DNA of 40,097 nucleotides from an uncultured Candidatus Poseidoniales archaeon (GTDB taxonomy: Archaea > Thermoplasmatota > Poseidoniia > Poseidoniales > Thalassarchaeaceae). Shown here piece by piece: positions 20,201-25,650 of this stretch. The position numbers and the translations under genes are program-made. Position 1 is the stretch's first letter. Every line of letters begins with the position of its first letter. The stretch spans positions 1-40,097 of the forward strand of contig CAZXZO010000020.1 of NCBI GenBank assembly GCA_964645485.1, read 5' to 3'. The notes under the pieces are model-generated. The model did no database searches and was not told the origin of the DNA. It was given only the letters and a program-made list of their open reading frames with translations.

Positions 20201-23200
20201 TGGTGGAACAGGTACAGATGGTGCTCGTTGGAGTAATAACACCATGTATGATAGCACTTATCTGCCACTCTGGGTTTATCTGAACTCAGATGCTGATGAC
20301 CTACTAATTGACAATAACACCATAACTGGCTCAAAGAGAGTAGGTTACGGTATATACGCACAAGACGACCAGTTGAACAGTGTAGAGATTCGTGGTAACA
20401 CAATCGAGACTGCTGACGAACCGATCTACATGCGAAATGCAAAGAATTGGGACATCAACAATAACACAATCCAAGGTGACGGAGACTCTGCTCACTCTGG
20501 AATTTATGTTAGAAACGGTGAAGGTTCAATCTCAGATAACACACTAACTGACTCAGATGGTGGAATCAATGTATTCGGAGTTCGCTCTGGATATGATGTC
20601 GACCTCTCAAGAAACACAATTAGTGCATCTGGTGGACGAGTTTCACCAACTGCAACTGGTATCTATGTAGAGAACTGTGGACTTGCAGAAGTTACAATGG
20701 CAGGAAATCTTGTCAGCACAACATCTAACGCTCTAGTGTCAGATGGTTGTGATGTTTCTGATGTTGGCAGCACATTCGCCAGCGCAGGTGGCTCAGCATC
20801 ACAGATTCACTCTGTGAACATTGAGGCATCTCAGTTCAATCCAACAATTAAGAACATCAGCACAGGTGATACTGTACGATGGGTATTGACTCAATACAAC
20901 AGTGACCCTAACAACTTCCAGCACTCAACAACCAGTAACACATCTGGACTTTGGGACAGTTCACCGTTGAACTTGGGTGGCACATTTGCCCACACGTTCA
21001 CAGCACCTGGTACTTACGAGTACCATTGCAGTGTCCACAGTTTCATGAGTGGTGTAATTAATGTAGCAAACAGCTCAGGTGCGAGTAACCTACAGACATA
21101 CGGAATTGACATCCTTGATGGCAGCGAAGACATCTCCCTTGATGGTACATCCATCGGTGGATTCAGTCTAGCATACCGACAAGATGGTGGTACACTGAAT
21201 GTTGAAGGTGGATCAGTTGTCACTGGTGACAACGGTTTCGACTTGACCAATGTTGACGTAACAGTTGACGGTCTAAGCGTATCTGCAGACAGTGGTTTCG
21301 GTGTTGGTTTGGATGTTTCATCTGATACAGGCCGTCACACATTGGACGTTGCAAACATGGATACATCTGGTGGCATTGGTATGCTGGCAGATGGTCACAC
21401 TTCATTCCGTTGGAATGGTGGTGACTCCACAGCAACTACAACCCTGCAAACCCTTGGTGGAGCATCAGGTACTATTGAGAACATGACTGTCACAACAGAT
21501 GGTCCATGGAGATCTAACCACGGTGCAAGTTTCACCCAGATTAATGCTGGTGCGTACTCAACCATCACAAGCGTTGGAAATACACTCAACCAGAGTATGT
21601 TGACAATCGGAACCAGTGCGGTCGTTCACGAGGGTAACCTCCTAGACCTAACTGTTACACACATGGGTGGGGCAGCAAGCAATGTTGGATTGATGATTAA
21701 GTCAACCGACCTTGGTCGCTCAGAATACGTCAGCCCATCATGGCGCTCTAACATCATCTCCGTAGGAGAAGGTGCAGGCGGCGCAGCAGCGGTTACTGAC
21801 TGGTTCGTAAGCCATCCACTTGGAATTGCTAACATTGCTGACGATGCAATGCCTGGTCCAGTTGCAGTCAATCCTGACCCAACTAGCCAAGCAATGGGAT
21901 ACATGACTTGGGATAACTCAAATCTGTACATCATGCTGACCGGAGTGACCTTCTTGGTCACAGACGGTATGTGGTATCTTGATACCCAGCAAGGTGGTTC
22001 AAATGTTGGTGACAACTGGTATGTCAGTCACAATCTGCCATTCGAGGCAGACTACATGCTATGGGCAGAAGACCGTGCAAACTGGGGTATCCGCAAGGTT
22101 ATGCCTGGTGGCAACTGGGTCGATGTTACAGCAGCATGTACTGGTATGCAAGCAGCACCTGGATTTGGTTACCCAGGAGTCACTCCAACATGGAGTGGTA
22201 TCTCTGAGTTCGCAATCCCATGGGACTGTATTGGAAGCCCAACAGGTCGAATCAAGACTCTAGCAATCATCCAGAATGAAAACTCTGGTCACGTGCTTGG
22301 TGTTTACCCACCACAGCTATGGAACCAGACTAGCGGTGCTGCTCAGACATTCGGTGACTTCGGTACACTGCAATTGACTGGTGGCGATTTGGCTGATGGT
22401 ACTCTAGATGACTTCCTGCTAATCCACCGAACTTTCACAGCAACTGGTGCAACAACACCGCGCGCATACGATGTGACAGTTAAGGTAAGAGATGCAGATA
22501 ACATCTATTGGGACTGGGGTTCACATAGTTCGCTTGCAATGGATCAGAATCAGGATATCACAATAGATATCTTACGTGCAAAGCCAGTCATTGCTGACTT
22601 GGTTGATGTATCGTATGATGAAGATTCGGGTTCACATGTTGTGTCGCTGACAGATAAGGCTGCAGATTATCAGCAGGCTTCAAGCACGCTGTCATGGACT
22701 GTAACAAATGATGCTACAAATCCGAGCAATGCTACATCACCGTTCGCATATGATTTGACCGGTCAAACACTGACCATCTCTCCAGATGCGAATGAGTTCG
22801 GCAACCAGAGACTATACCTGGTTGTTACTGATGGACATGGATTGTACAGTAGTCAGTCAATGCTTGTAGGTGTAGAGAACGTCAATGACGCTCCAGTCAT
22901 CAACAACCCACGACACGCAACTGGCCTACCAGTATTCACTGAAGGAATTGATGTGAATGGAAACGCAGTTTACAACTCATACGACGAACCTCAAAGGGCA
23001 CATCCAGTGACCGGTGAGGAGAGAGAATGGGATCTGCTAACTAAATTCCTTGGTGGCTCAGCTGGTGAAGGATTTGTTCAGGATTTGGGAATCGGTGACG
23101 GTCTAGCAAATGAGCAAGACAGGAACGCTGACAACAACAGTGAGCAAGCACCGCAGACCTACACTTGGACAGCAGTTACTGACCCAGTAGATTGTGTAGC

Positions 23201-25208
23201 ATTCGATGTAAGCATAAACGGAGGAACCACTCTAGAAATTGACCTCAACGAGGCAAATGAAGATGGTGGAACCTGTGACATTGTTCTAGACCTATCAGAC
23301 GGTGCATCAGTCAATGATGCTGCAACAACAGTGAGTGTACCATTTACAGTACAGCCTACCAACGATAATACTCGTATTATCCCATGGGATGTTAACAATG
23401 GTTCAGTCATCACTACAAAGTATATCGATACAAGTGGTGCAATGGTAGACGGTAACATCAGACAAACTGGTCAAGCAGCCAACAATGATGGCGATGCTTG
23501 GTGGTGGTCTGTAGATGAGGACACAGAGGATCCAGACTTACTAACGATTGATCTCAGCAATATGATGAGTGACAACGATAACACTAACCAACAACTATAC
23601 TGGACAATCGATGACTCACAGTACTACCTTGACAAGTGTCAATACACAAACTACTTCTCAGTAGCAATTGACAATGATGAGCATACAATGACTATTGATT
23701 TGATTCCTGATGCAACCACAGACGCAACAAGTGCTGAGTGGGATATGCTACAGGATGCAGATGGCGATGGTGTACCAGATGATGGTATCCACCAGAAGGC
23801 ACCAAGATCCGGTGACTACTGTCTGATGAATCTGATTCTGTGGGACCCTGTTTCACAGAGTGAAGTTCCACAGTATGACTACGTTCAGTCAGACGCATGT
23901 ATTGCACTTGACCAAGATGGCGATGACACAACTAACTGTTATGCACAGACATACAGTACTCACGAGTTGAGTATTAATGTCCACAACATAGTGGAATTGC
24001 GACCAGACTACAACTTCAATGAAGTACGTCTATCCCCTGACCCATTTGACTTCAAGGGAATTGACGGTGTTCTGCGTGAGACTATGGTACCTGTGTCAGT
24101 TGAACTACAACACACAGATGGTGACCAACCAATCAACTCGGATGGCACATACAAGTACCTATACGATCTGCAAGTGTCATTCTATGTGGTTGACTCCGAT
24201 TGCGCAGGCTGTGATGGGACATACCAGAGCAGCGTACGACTTGGAAGCAATGGTCCAGGAAACGGTGCACTAGCACTACCTGACTATGGTTCATCTGTTG
24301 AAGTTGGAAACTACGTCCGATTGAACAAGACATCTGAGGATGTTCGTGTATTCGTTGATGTAATGACAGTGAATCCATTCACTGGCCAATACACTGACAA
24401 CTCGAAGTACGAGAGACCAGCTCTAGAAGAGAAGAACTGGGCAGACAACAACATGACTGCTTCACAAACCAACAGCGAATTACCACTCATTGTGGAGACC
24501 AAGGCAGCACAGAGTGTTGCTTCGTTCGCTCCAACATTGATGGCAGTCGGCCTAGTCGGCGTATTCGTTGGTGCTCTACTTAGCCGCTCCCGAGCGGAAG
24601 AGGACGAGGAAGAGTTCGAGGAGGAATCAATGCTTGACGATGACCGTGCAGTTAGCCCGGTTATCGCAACCATCCTTCTTGTGGCAATTACAGTCGTCTT
24701 GGCTGGTGTAATATACGTGTGGGCAGGCTCACTCGCAGACACCAGCACTAAGGGTGTACCAAGGTTGACCTTCACAGCAGAAGCAATTACCGTACAAGAG
24801 ATCAGTGGACTAGAACAGGATGAATGGCACTGGAGAGTTACCACATCATATGCAGCGACAGACCTTGCAACTCAAGCAGTGACTGTCTCAGTATTGTGGA
24901 CTAACGCTAGTGGACAGCAAGTGTACAAGACAGCACTCGCACCTGGTGGCGGAGATGCAGAGAATGTATACGGATTCGCCCCACGTAACAGCGAGAATAT
25001 GGTAACCTTCTGGGATGACATATCTCACTGTGAGCGCGGTGGTGCACCTTGTATCACAACCTTCGGTCCTGGTGACAGAATCTTCATCAGAATGACAGAC
25101 AATGATGGTCTTATTGACTCAGCATTGATTGACATTCAGTACGAATTGCCTGGTGGCGCTGCGTACATGTTGAAGCAGTACACTGCATCACCAACCAGCA
25201 TACGCTGA
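11286..25208 (+). CDS. Giant multidomain cell-surface protein/adhesin with a C-terminal archaeal type IV pilin domain, 4640 aa
   Basis: A single uninterrupted ORF. In order it encodes: a signal peptide; a WapA/DNRLRE-like module; Ig-like repeats; long right-handed beta-helix segments; a cupredoxin; a DOMON/CBM9-like domain; cadherin/Ig-like repeats (ENVNDAPVI, QPTNDNTRI); a TM anchor; an acidic loop; a class III signal peptide; and a pilin domain. Confidence 0.9.
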   Translation: MVTNKNKVTFGGSWLLLTLLMIGMSWSAAVSPVTENLQTSENDGAESIDDLLTLPDEAINPADNDEFGYDAGAELIGSRTETAKTFLKDDGDFEVIVSPVPVHYMDDGAWEEIDLTIESNEGGWSVTQNTYETYFGNDARHGVQMVVDGQTIRYGIMPQVVVLDGMTLSPEPYMGMPASEPIDVGANVIRYPMLTGISLDYKVTSTQLKQNLVIREAPNLLDHQKDSGYFGIAETMYLPTGFALFLGESPIADGELVKTNQSLSIRNLETGELLVSIPQPLVESIEPSEEGPHIGEYVIRVNGEEISLTTVVENTWLMDSDNRSFPIAIDPTMDKGAQRAGYAYYYRITRWGWYTSTYEYAFSSSSLLYTCRGSGSWSNTCSSSSYSWYYRYAWYRFDFGNALPTGATVNSVDFKSNVGRYQSGARNFEVAVLKSGSSQSSNMIDPSSYLYSSGRYLNRYIRNSAASSSSTSLSDPGYYWNGGNVRSISMNSNGVSDVQDAVDGSGAGSSGHILGLGLRNTANAPFWYWCSTGYYSYYGCTSTSDYPHLHLDYSGGSDTAPPEDDFVAYTDLITHRPEQRTFWLGLRDTTGVDTTTSGGPSLSYSVDNGTWTNVRATTLGTCTAGSWCNFRAVIPAVQEGEYVEYFWAFQDLVGTVAGTTGNPNFKTLPVGGTGSPSSVTAPSSPYNYFVQPDEQADAYNSDGTPNNKWQLKIDQLTNYRYYSVYRYFDEQITYYEDTGEYIWEYDTSNCGTGSYQCFNTGAAYQMRYSPTISSYSYSNCASSATCEVTEPSGLSLGGQHGPGMSTIWWYNSAAGAFTVVGLDDETGIDQPVSGASVGTNGGGRNCDDCYSAVPIPGDITMKFGSLSVNASYSSSSSTRNWFCVNSNNHPLYFLSSSSSNPYCLYSYSTYRYDRQFNGWMAPGYDGRWSSNTDITQKVSTVRPMPDIYPPVLDYTGLMDTHSEDDRTVTVGITDAGDPPTGLNTSSGTDANGVLEGPHMVYRVYNDTSQTWGNWITRAMAQESGKTRAQCELSVCDWSATLPGTDRENIVEYSIRAKDNNGNWNNTTASSYQIGTPTKVFTIEWHDMNCGFGSQYTCSYQVKMYDVTNEIEFHYDTSSNAYYDYENIGYQKGGSTAIGATLRERGTGYQAGANPFDYNYRISTDGNAHANERMTAGMTELYNYDEVFTGTSNGRPYTYYCTRYWSSYRNQCADVIDIPAGFDIDYFGTTYSGNNSHKMHVIRHGAAAFSTSTSTTPMQMSYYGWGGYWPTFPSSASYINNAQLAPYFGYYGAYYCYNSGNADCSIRTKTIPFDGAGMDVYADITQDTIWDAEMSPIRIVPSGDYLRVTADLVIDAGVEVQFAAGKGLDMAGTCSRLTTNGNATHPVTITNLGNSAGKGIAFTSGCTDTDDRHMFNNTDFSNLDVAISAGSRHGSAPHHNGNVGNFTFDTVTFTDVDTAIKHGSGTGTGFDLSGVSITNATDSCIDLPDDAVLSWIEGSATNCNMGSSSTEGALKTGDGSVIYLENLTITDAAHNGIIGDSTSMHASNVSMSTSGLSSTQVGGTGLGHTSTAASGTSLYANNVDAAGYANALVSYATDSMSLTDITGGSISLAPAGTAGTVLGDSGWSASGITSTGNMLMSRTTPSSMDNVDLDGYLRMDGTAASGDLMTITGLAADGLTIAGCGWNVRANDADLGDSTNGVWATASCTSSSASSTLTVAGGTMDGSSSNGNIVYARNAQVTIADVAITGQTSTGANVAQASTNGDVRLIGVSWRGNDCADANGWTGMSDCWVDVSSSSGAIYVGGTAQVAAYRVMNFIPVFVADHAVSTTTVSTSGTCPGAACVVTDVTSVGTSYTDSTGNATVWLLQDKLDKSSGSTAVSTSYTDHRIAIAGGAGQNETTPADDWYTSTCQINGMDCSMPLSPGDQIYMKLEAFPQDWNGATKDCTWLGTNTSVSNGYLLYTMQIITLSTDLVLDGCKLHLNGTKMMINRTANNNPTITIQNGGELLLSEGGGEIGNMKAVTSSYGWEMDILAGGKFVVDNGNIRDMHQNSNTGGMMNVGEGTLELKNGAIVYGSQTTSSDMATIKVDGGTLLVNDASVYNAGQTGVGLWIEDSGSSSIQNIAVSGADTGVVIKNAAPAIDGFTLNDNTVGVEIDGGMTLPSIYRSTLLSGQQRGWETYEIDLSGLANNFNYIQFGFNNVYEGGNVHPRYNYYSSRYFAVYDRMRIGLNDGIDNDANGVGDEIENFTLNSAGKAMTGYYTSGDTSNLGDRNNPDHPSRNDGWARNDCNYYGYQYSPGGSYQYGYYYYMNNYGPYTQGNTNYYGANAYPSDFGFTLDIADGLTGSQNYYPYNYWGYYWPSWYFGSGYQGGVFTPPEGFNGLWGYYNVCLSYAYRYQTPTPNGWRMSWPIVDVSSASVTEVSAYIDILHNYADYYGDRYDFVFRGGSDINDLMNSNWGREFGTATLDNGVINGADTGIHIAGNYAAGGISAVTVNDPVDEGVLVDGTSAVEMDGLTVNNGRYGIRTTSAAGGSLEATNSALDNQSQDGIVLGAAFKLDLSGAITNASGAAINVLSTSSQDWSFDSLSLTSNNVALNHDGSGELTCTDCTTGSNSNDVTTSGLVTWVEGDIDLATVSASGSGLLQRARLADITITADGSGVAGTGVSMIDALSKRVASGETDSSGTVSDMVFHTNYVDASGLTVVNLAGYKIMSVGKVSYSTTVADFRYAIKTVSLVDGPGNSDTVALTDNFDARVCYSWSYSNYNVLQSCSGTHYLGTTSSRTKSDGNGGSITEYGYYGAMPSNMENKAILMDSPWSYTGTTGASFNGSTVIFSGFYNNQNSNLYVRSYQGDIYTDDTTMAAISPKDTAYFSLGYYGGYNYGNFFVNDSTLINIGTIGSGAGYYNRNPEMHVTNSVLVSYSQLTDVQSVYQQEICISSAGSDYGDWVVDNNTMYDCTVGVMIYSNYYATSPWYGGTGTDGARWSNNTMYDSTYLPLWVYLNSDADDLLIDNNTITGSKRVGYGIYAQDDQLNSVEIRGNTIETADEPIYMRNAKNWDINNNTIQGDGDSAHSGIYVRNGEGSISDNTLTDSDGGINVFGVRSGYDVDLSRNTISASGGRVSPTATGIYVENCGLAEVTMAGNLVSTTSNALVSDGCDVSDVGSTFASAGGSASQIHSVNIEASQFNPTIKNISTGDTVRWVLTQYNSDPNNFQHSTTSNTSGLWDSSPLNLGGTFAHTFTAPGTYEYHCSVHSFMSGVINVANSSGASNLQTYGIDILDGSEDISLDGTSIGGFSLAYRQDGGTLNVEGGSVVTGDNGFDLTNVDVTVDGLSVSADSGFGVGLDVSSDTGRHTLDVANMDTSGGIGMLADGHTSFRWNGGDSTATTTLQTLGGASGTIENMTVTTDGPWRSNHGASFTQINAGAYSTITSVGNTLNQSMLTIGTSAVVHEGNLLDLTVTHMGGAASNVGLMIKSTDLGRSEYVSPSWRSNIISVGEGAGGAAAVTDWFVSHPLGIANIADDAMPGPVAVNPDPTSQAMGYMTWDNSNLYIMLTGVTFLVTDGMWYLDTQQGGSNVGDNWYVSHNLPFEADYMLWAEDRANWGIRKVMPGGNWVDVTAACTGMQAAPGFGYPGVTPTWSGISEFAIPWDCIGSPTGRIKTLAIIQNENSGHVLGVYPPQLWNQTSGAAQTFGDFGTLQLTGGDLADGTLDDFLLIHRTFTATGATTPRAYDVTVKVRDADNIYWDWGSHSSLAMDQNQDITIDILRAKPVIADLVDVSYDEDSGSHVVSLTDKAADYQQASSTLSWTVTNDATNPSNATSPFAYDLTGQTLTISPDANEFGNQRLYLVVTDGHGLYSSQSMLVGVENVNDAPVINNPRHATGLPVFTEGIDVNGNAVYNSYDEPQRAHPVTGEEREWDLLTKFLGGSAGEGFVQDLGIGDGLANEQDRNADNNSEQAPQTYTWTAVTDPVDCVAFDVSINGGTTLEIDLNEANEDGGTCDIVLDLSDGASVNDAATTVSVPFTVQPTNDNTRIIPWDVNNGSVITTKYIDTSGAMVDGNIRQTGQAANNDGDAWWWSVDEDTEDPDLLTIDLSNMMSDNDNTNQQLYWTIDDSQYYLDKCQYTNYFSVAIDNDEHTMTIDLIPDATTDATSAEWDMLQDADGDGVPDDGIHQKAPRSGDYCLMNLILWDPVSQSEVPQYDYVQSDACIALDQDGDDTTNCYAQTYSTHELSINVHNIVELRPDYNFNEVRLSPDPFDFKGIDGVLRETMVPVSVELQHTDGDQPINSDGTYKYLYDLQVSFYVVDSDCAGCDGTYQSSVRLGSNGPGNGALALPDYGSSVEVGNYVRLNKTSEDVRVFVDVMTVNPFTGQYTDNSKYERPALEEKNWADNNMTASQTNSELPLIVETKAAQSVASFAPTLMAVGLVGVFVGALLSRSRAEEDEEEFEEESMLDDDRAVSPVIATILLVAITVVLAGVIYVWAGSLADTSTKGVPRLTFTAEAITVQEISGLEQDEWHWRVTTSYAATDLATQAVTVSVLWTNASGQQVYKTALAPGGGDAENVYGFAPRNSENMVTFWDDISHCERGGAPCITTFGPGDRIFIRMTDNDGLIDSALIDIQYELPGGAAYMLKQYTASPTSIR
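20808..21065 (+). other. Cupredoxin (plastocyanin/amicyanin-like) domain within the giant protein
   Basis: HSVNIEASQFNP...ISTGDTVRWV...QHSTT...FTAPGTYEYHCSVHSFMSGVINV. Ligands are H3213, C3248, H3251 and M3254. Confidence 0.9.
24630..25208 (+). other. Archaeal type IV pilin/archaellin-like domain (class III signal peptide), in frame at the C-terminus of the giant ORF
   Basis: M-L-D-D-D-R-A|V-S-P-V-I-A-T-I-L-L-V-A-I-T-V-V-L-A-G-V-I-Y-V-W matches the archaeal pilin N-terminal consensus (K/R)(G/A)|(V/I)SP(V/I)(I/V)(G/A)x(I/V)LL(V/I)AITV. About 185 aa of mature domain follows. GAGGAGG at 24618-24624 precedes ATG 24630. Confidence 0.85.
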
Positions 25209-25223
25209 ACTGTGTAATACGAA

Positions 25224-25380
25224 GCGCCTTCGGGCGTTGAATGCAGGGATGCTTAGGGGCTCTTGCCCCTGAGCACCCGACCTTCCGAAATTGAGCGAAA
25301 GCTCGGTTTCGGTTAGGCTGATTTGGCCCCGCCTCAACTCGGCATCTGCTGAGGAAGGGCGGGGCTTTTTCTCATTTTTT
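25224..25380 (+). ncRNA. Candidate structured RNA element / 3' UTR of four GC-rich hairpins ending in a U-tract
   Basis: Four hairpins: GCGCC-TTCG-GGCGT (25224-25237); GGGATGCTTAGGGGC-TCTT-GCCCCTGAGCACCC (25246-25278); CCGAAATTGAGC-GAAA-GCTCGGTTTCGG (25285-25312); and GCCCCGCCT...GGGCGGGGC (25326-25365). These are followed by TTTTTCTCATTTTTTTT. Confidence 0.45.
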
Positions 25381-25562
25381 TTCGAAAATGGAATTTTTCC
25401 TCAAATGCATCAGTCCTTGGAGAGAAGGCGGGGCCAGTTCTCATTTTTTTCGAAAATGGAATTTTTCCTCAAATGCATCAGTCCTTGGAGAGAAGGCTGG
25501 GCCTTTTCTCATTTTTTCTTCAAAAATGAGATTATTCCGCAAATACATCAACCATTGTTGAG
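25355..25562. repeat. Tandem repeat with a ~68-70 bp unit, three copies (third degenerate)
   Basis: CGAAAATGGAATTTTTCCTCAAATGCATCAGTCCTTGGAGAGAAGGC occurs at 25383 and 25451 (period 68). A diverged third copy starts CAAAAATGAG at 25521. There are no spacers. Confidence 0.9.
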
Positions 25563-25650
25563 AAATATTTTTCTCTAAGTTTTTAGATTTCAGTTGTTTA
25601 ATCATTCCATTGATATATTACTAGTAAGACGGCAAACTAGAGTTGTGAGT

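Noticed and set aside
2494-24844. Numerous antisense and alternate-frame ORFs of 60-230 aa inside the permease and surface genes
   Set aside because: These are shadow ORFs of long coding sequences, with no recognisable motifs or RBS.
11286-25208. Rhs/polymorphic toxin interpretation of the giant protein
   Set aside because: Despite the WapA-like N-terminus, there are no YD repeats, no PxxxxDPxG motif, no C-terminal toxin domain and no downstream immunity gene.
2012-25208. Surface-protein block as a mobile island inserted at tRNA-Glu
   Set aside because: The tRNA 3' end points away from the block, no integrase or duplicated tRNA end was seen, and housekeeping genes lie in between.
25206-25365. 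Selenocysteine readthrough of the giant gene's TGA directed by the downstream hairpins (SECIS-like)
   Set aside because: Readthrough would add only U-T-V before TAA, there is no redox-motif context or internal in-frame TGA, and I know of no Sec machinery in this lineage.
25224-25365. Hammerhead or other known ribozyme in the hairpin clusters (also 10811-10897)
   Set aside because: No CUGANGA core is correctly placed with GAAA on either strand. No known family is recognisable by eye.
25355-25562. CRISPR array interpretation of the 68-bp repeat (and of the 28-bp repeat at 36944-37027)
   Set aside because: The units are head-to-tail with no unique spacers, and there are no cas genes in the window.
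25291-25578. 95-aa ORF across the repeat region
   Set aside because: It is a translation of the hairpin and tandem repeat (TTG start, Phe-rich low complexity) with no protein features.
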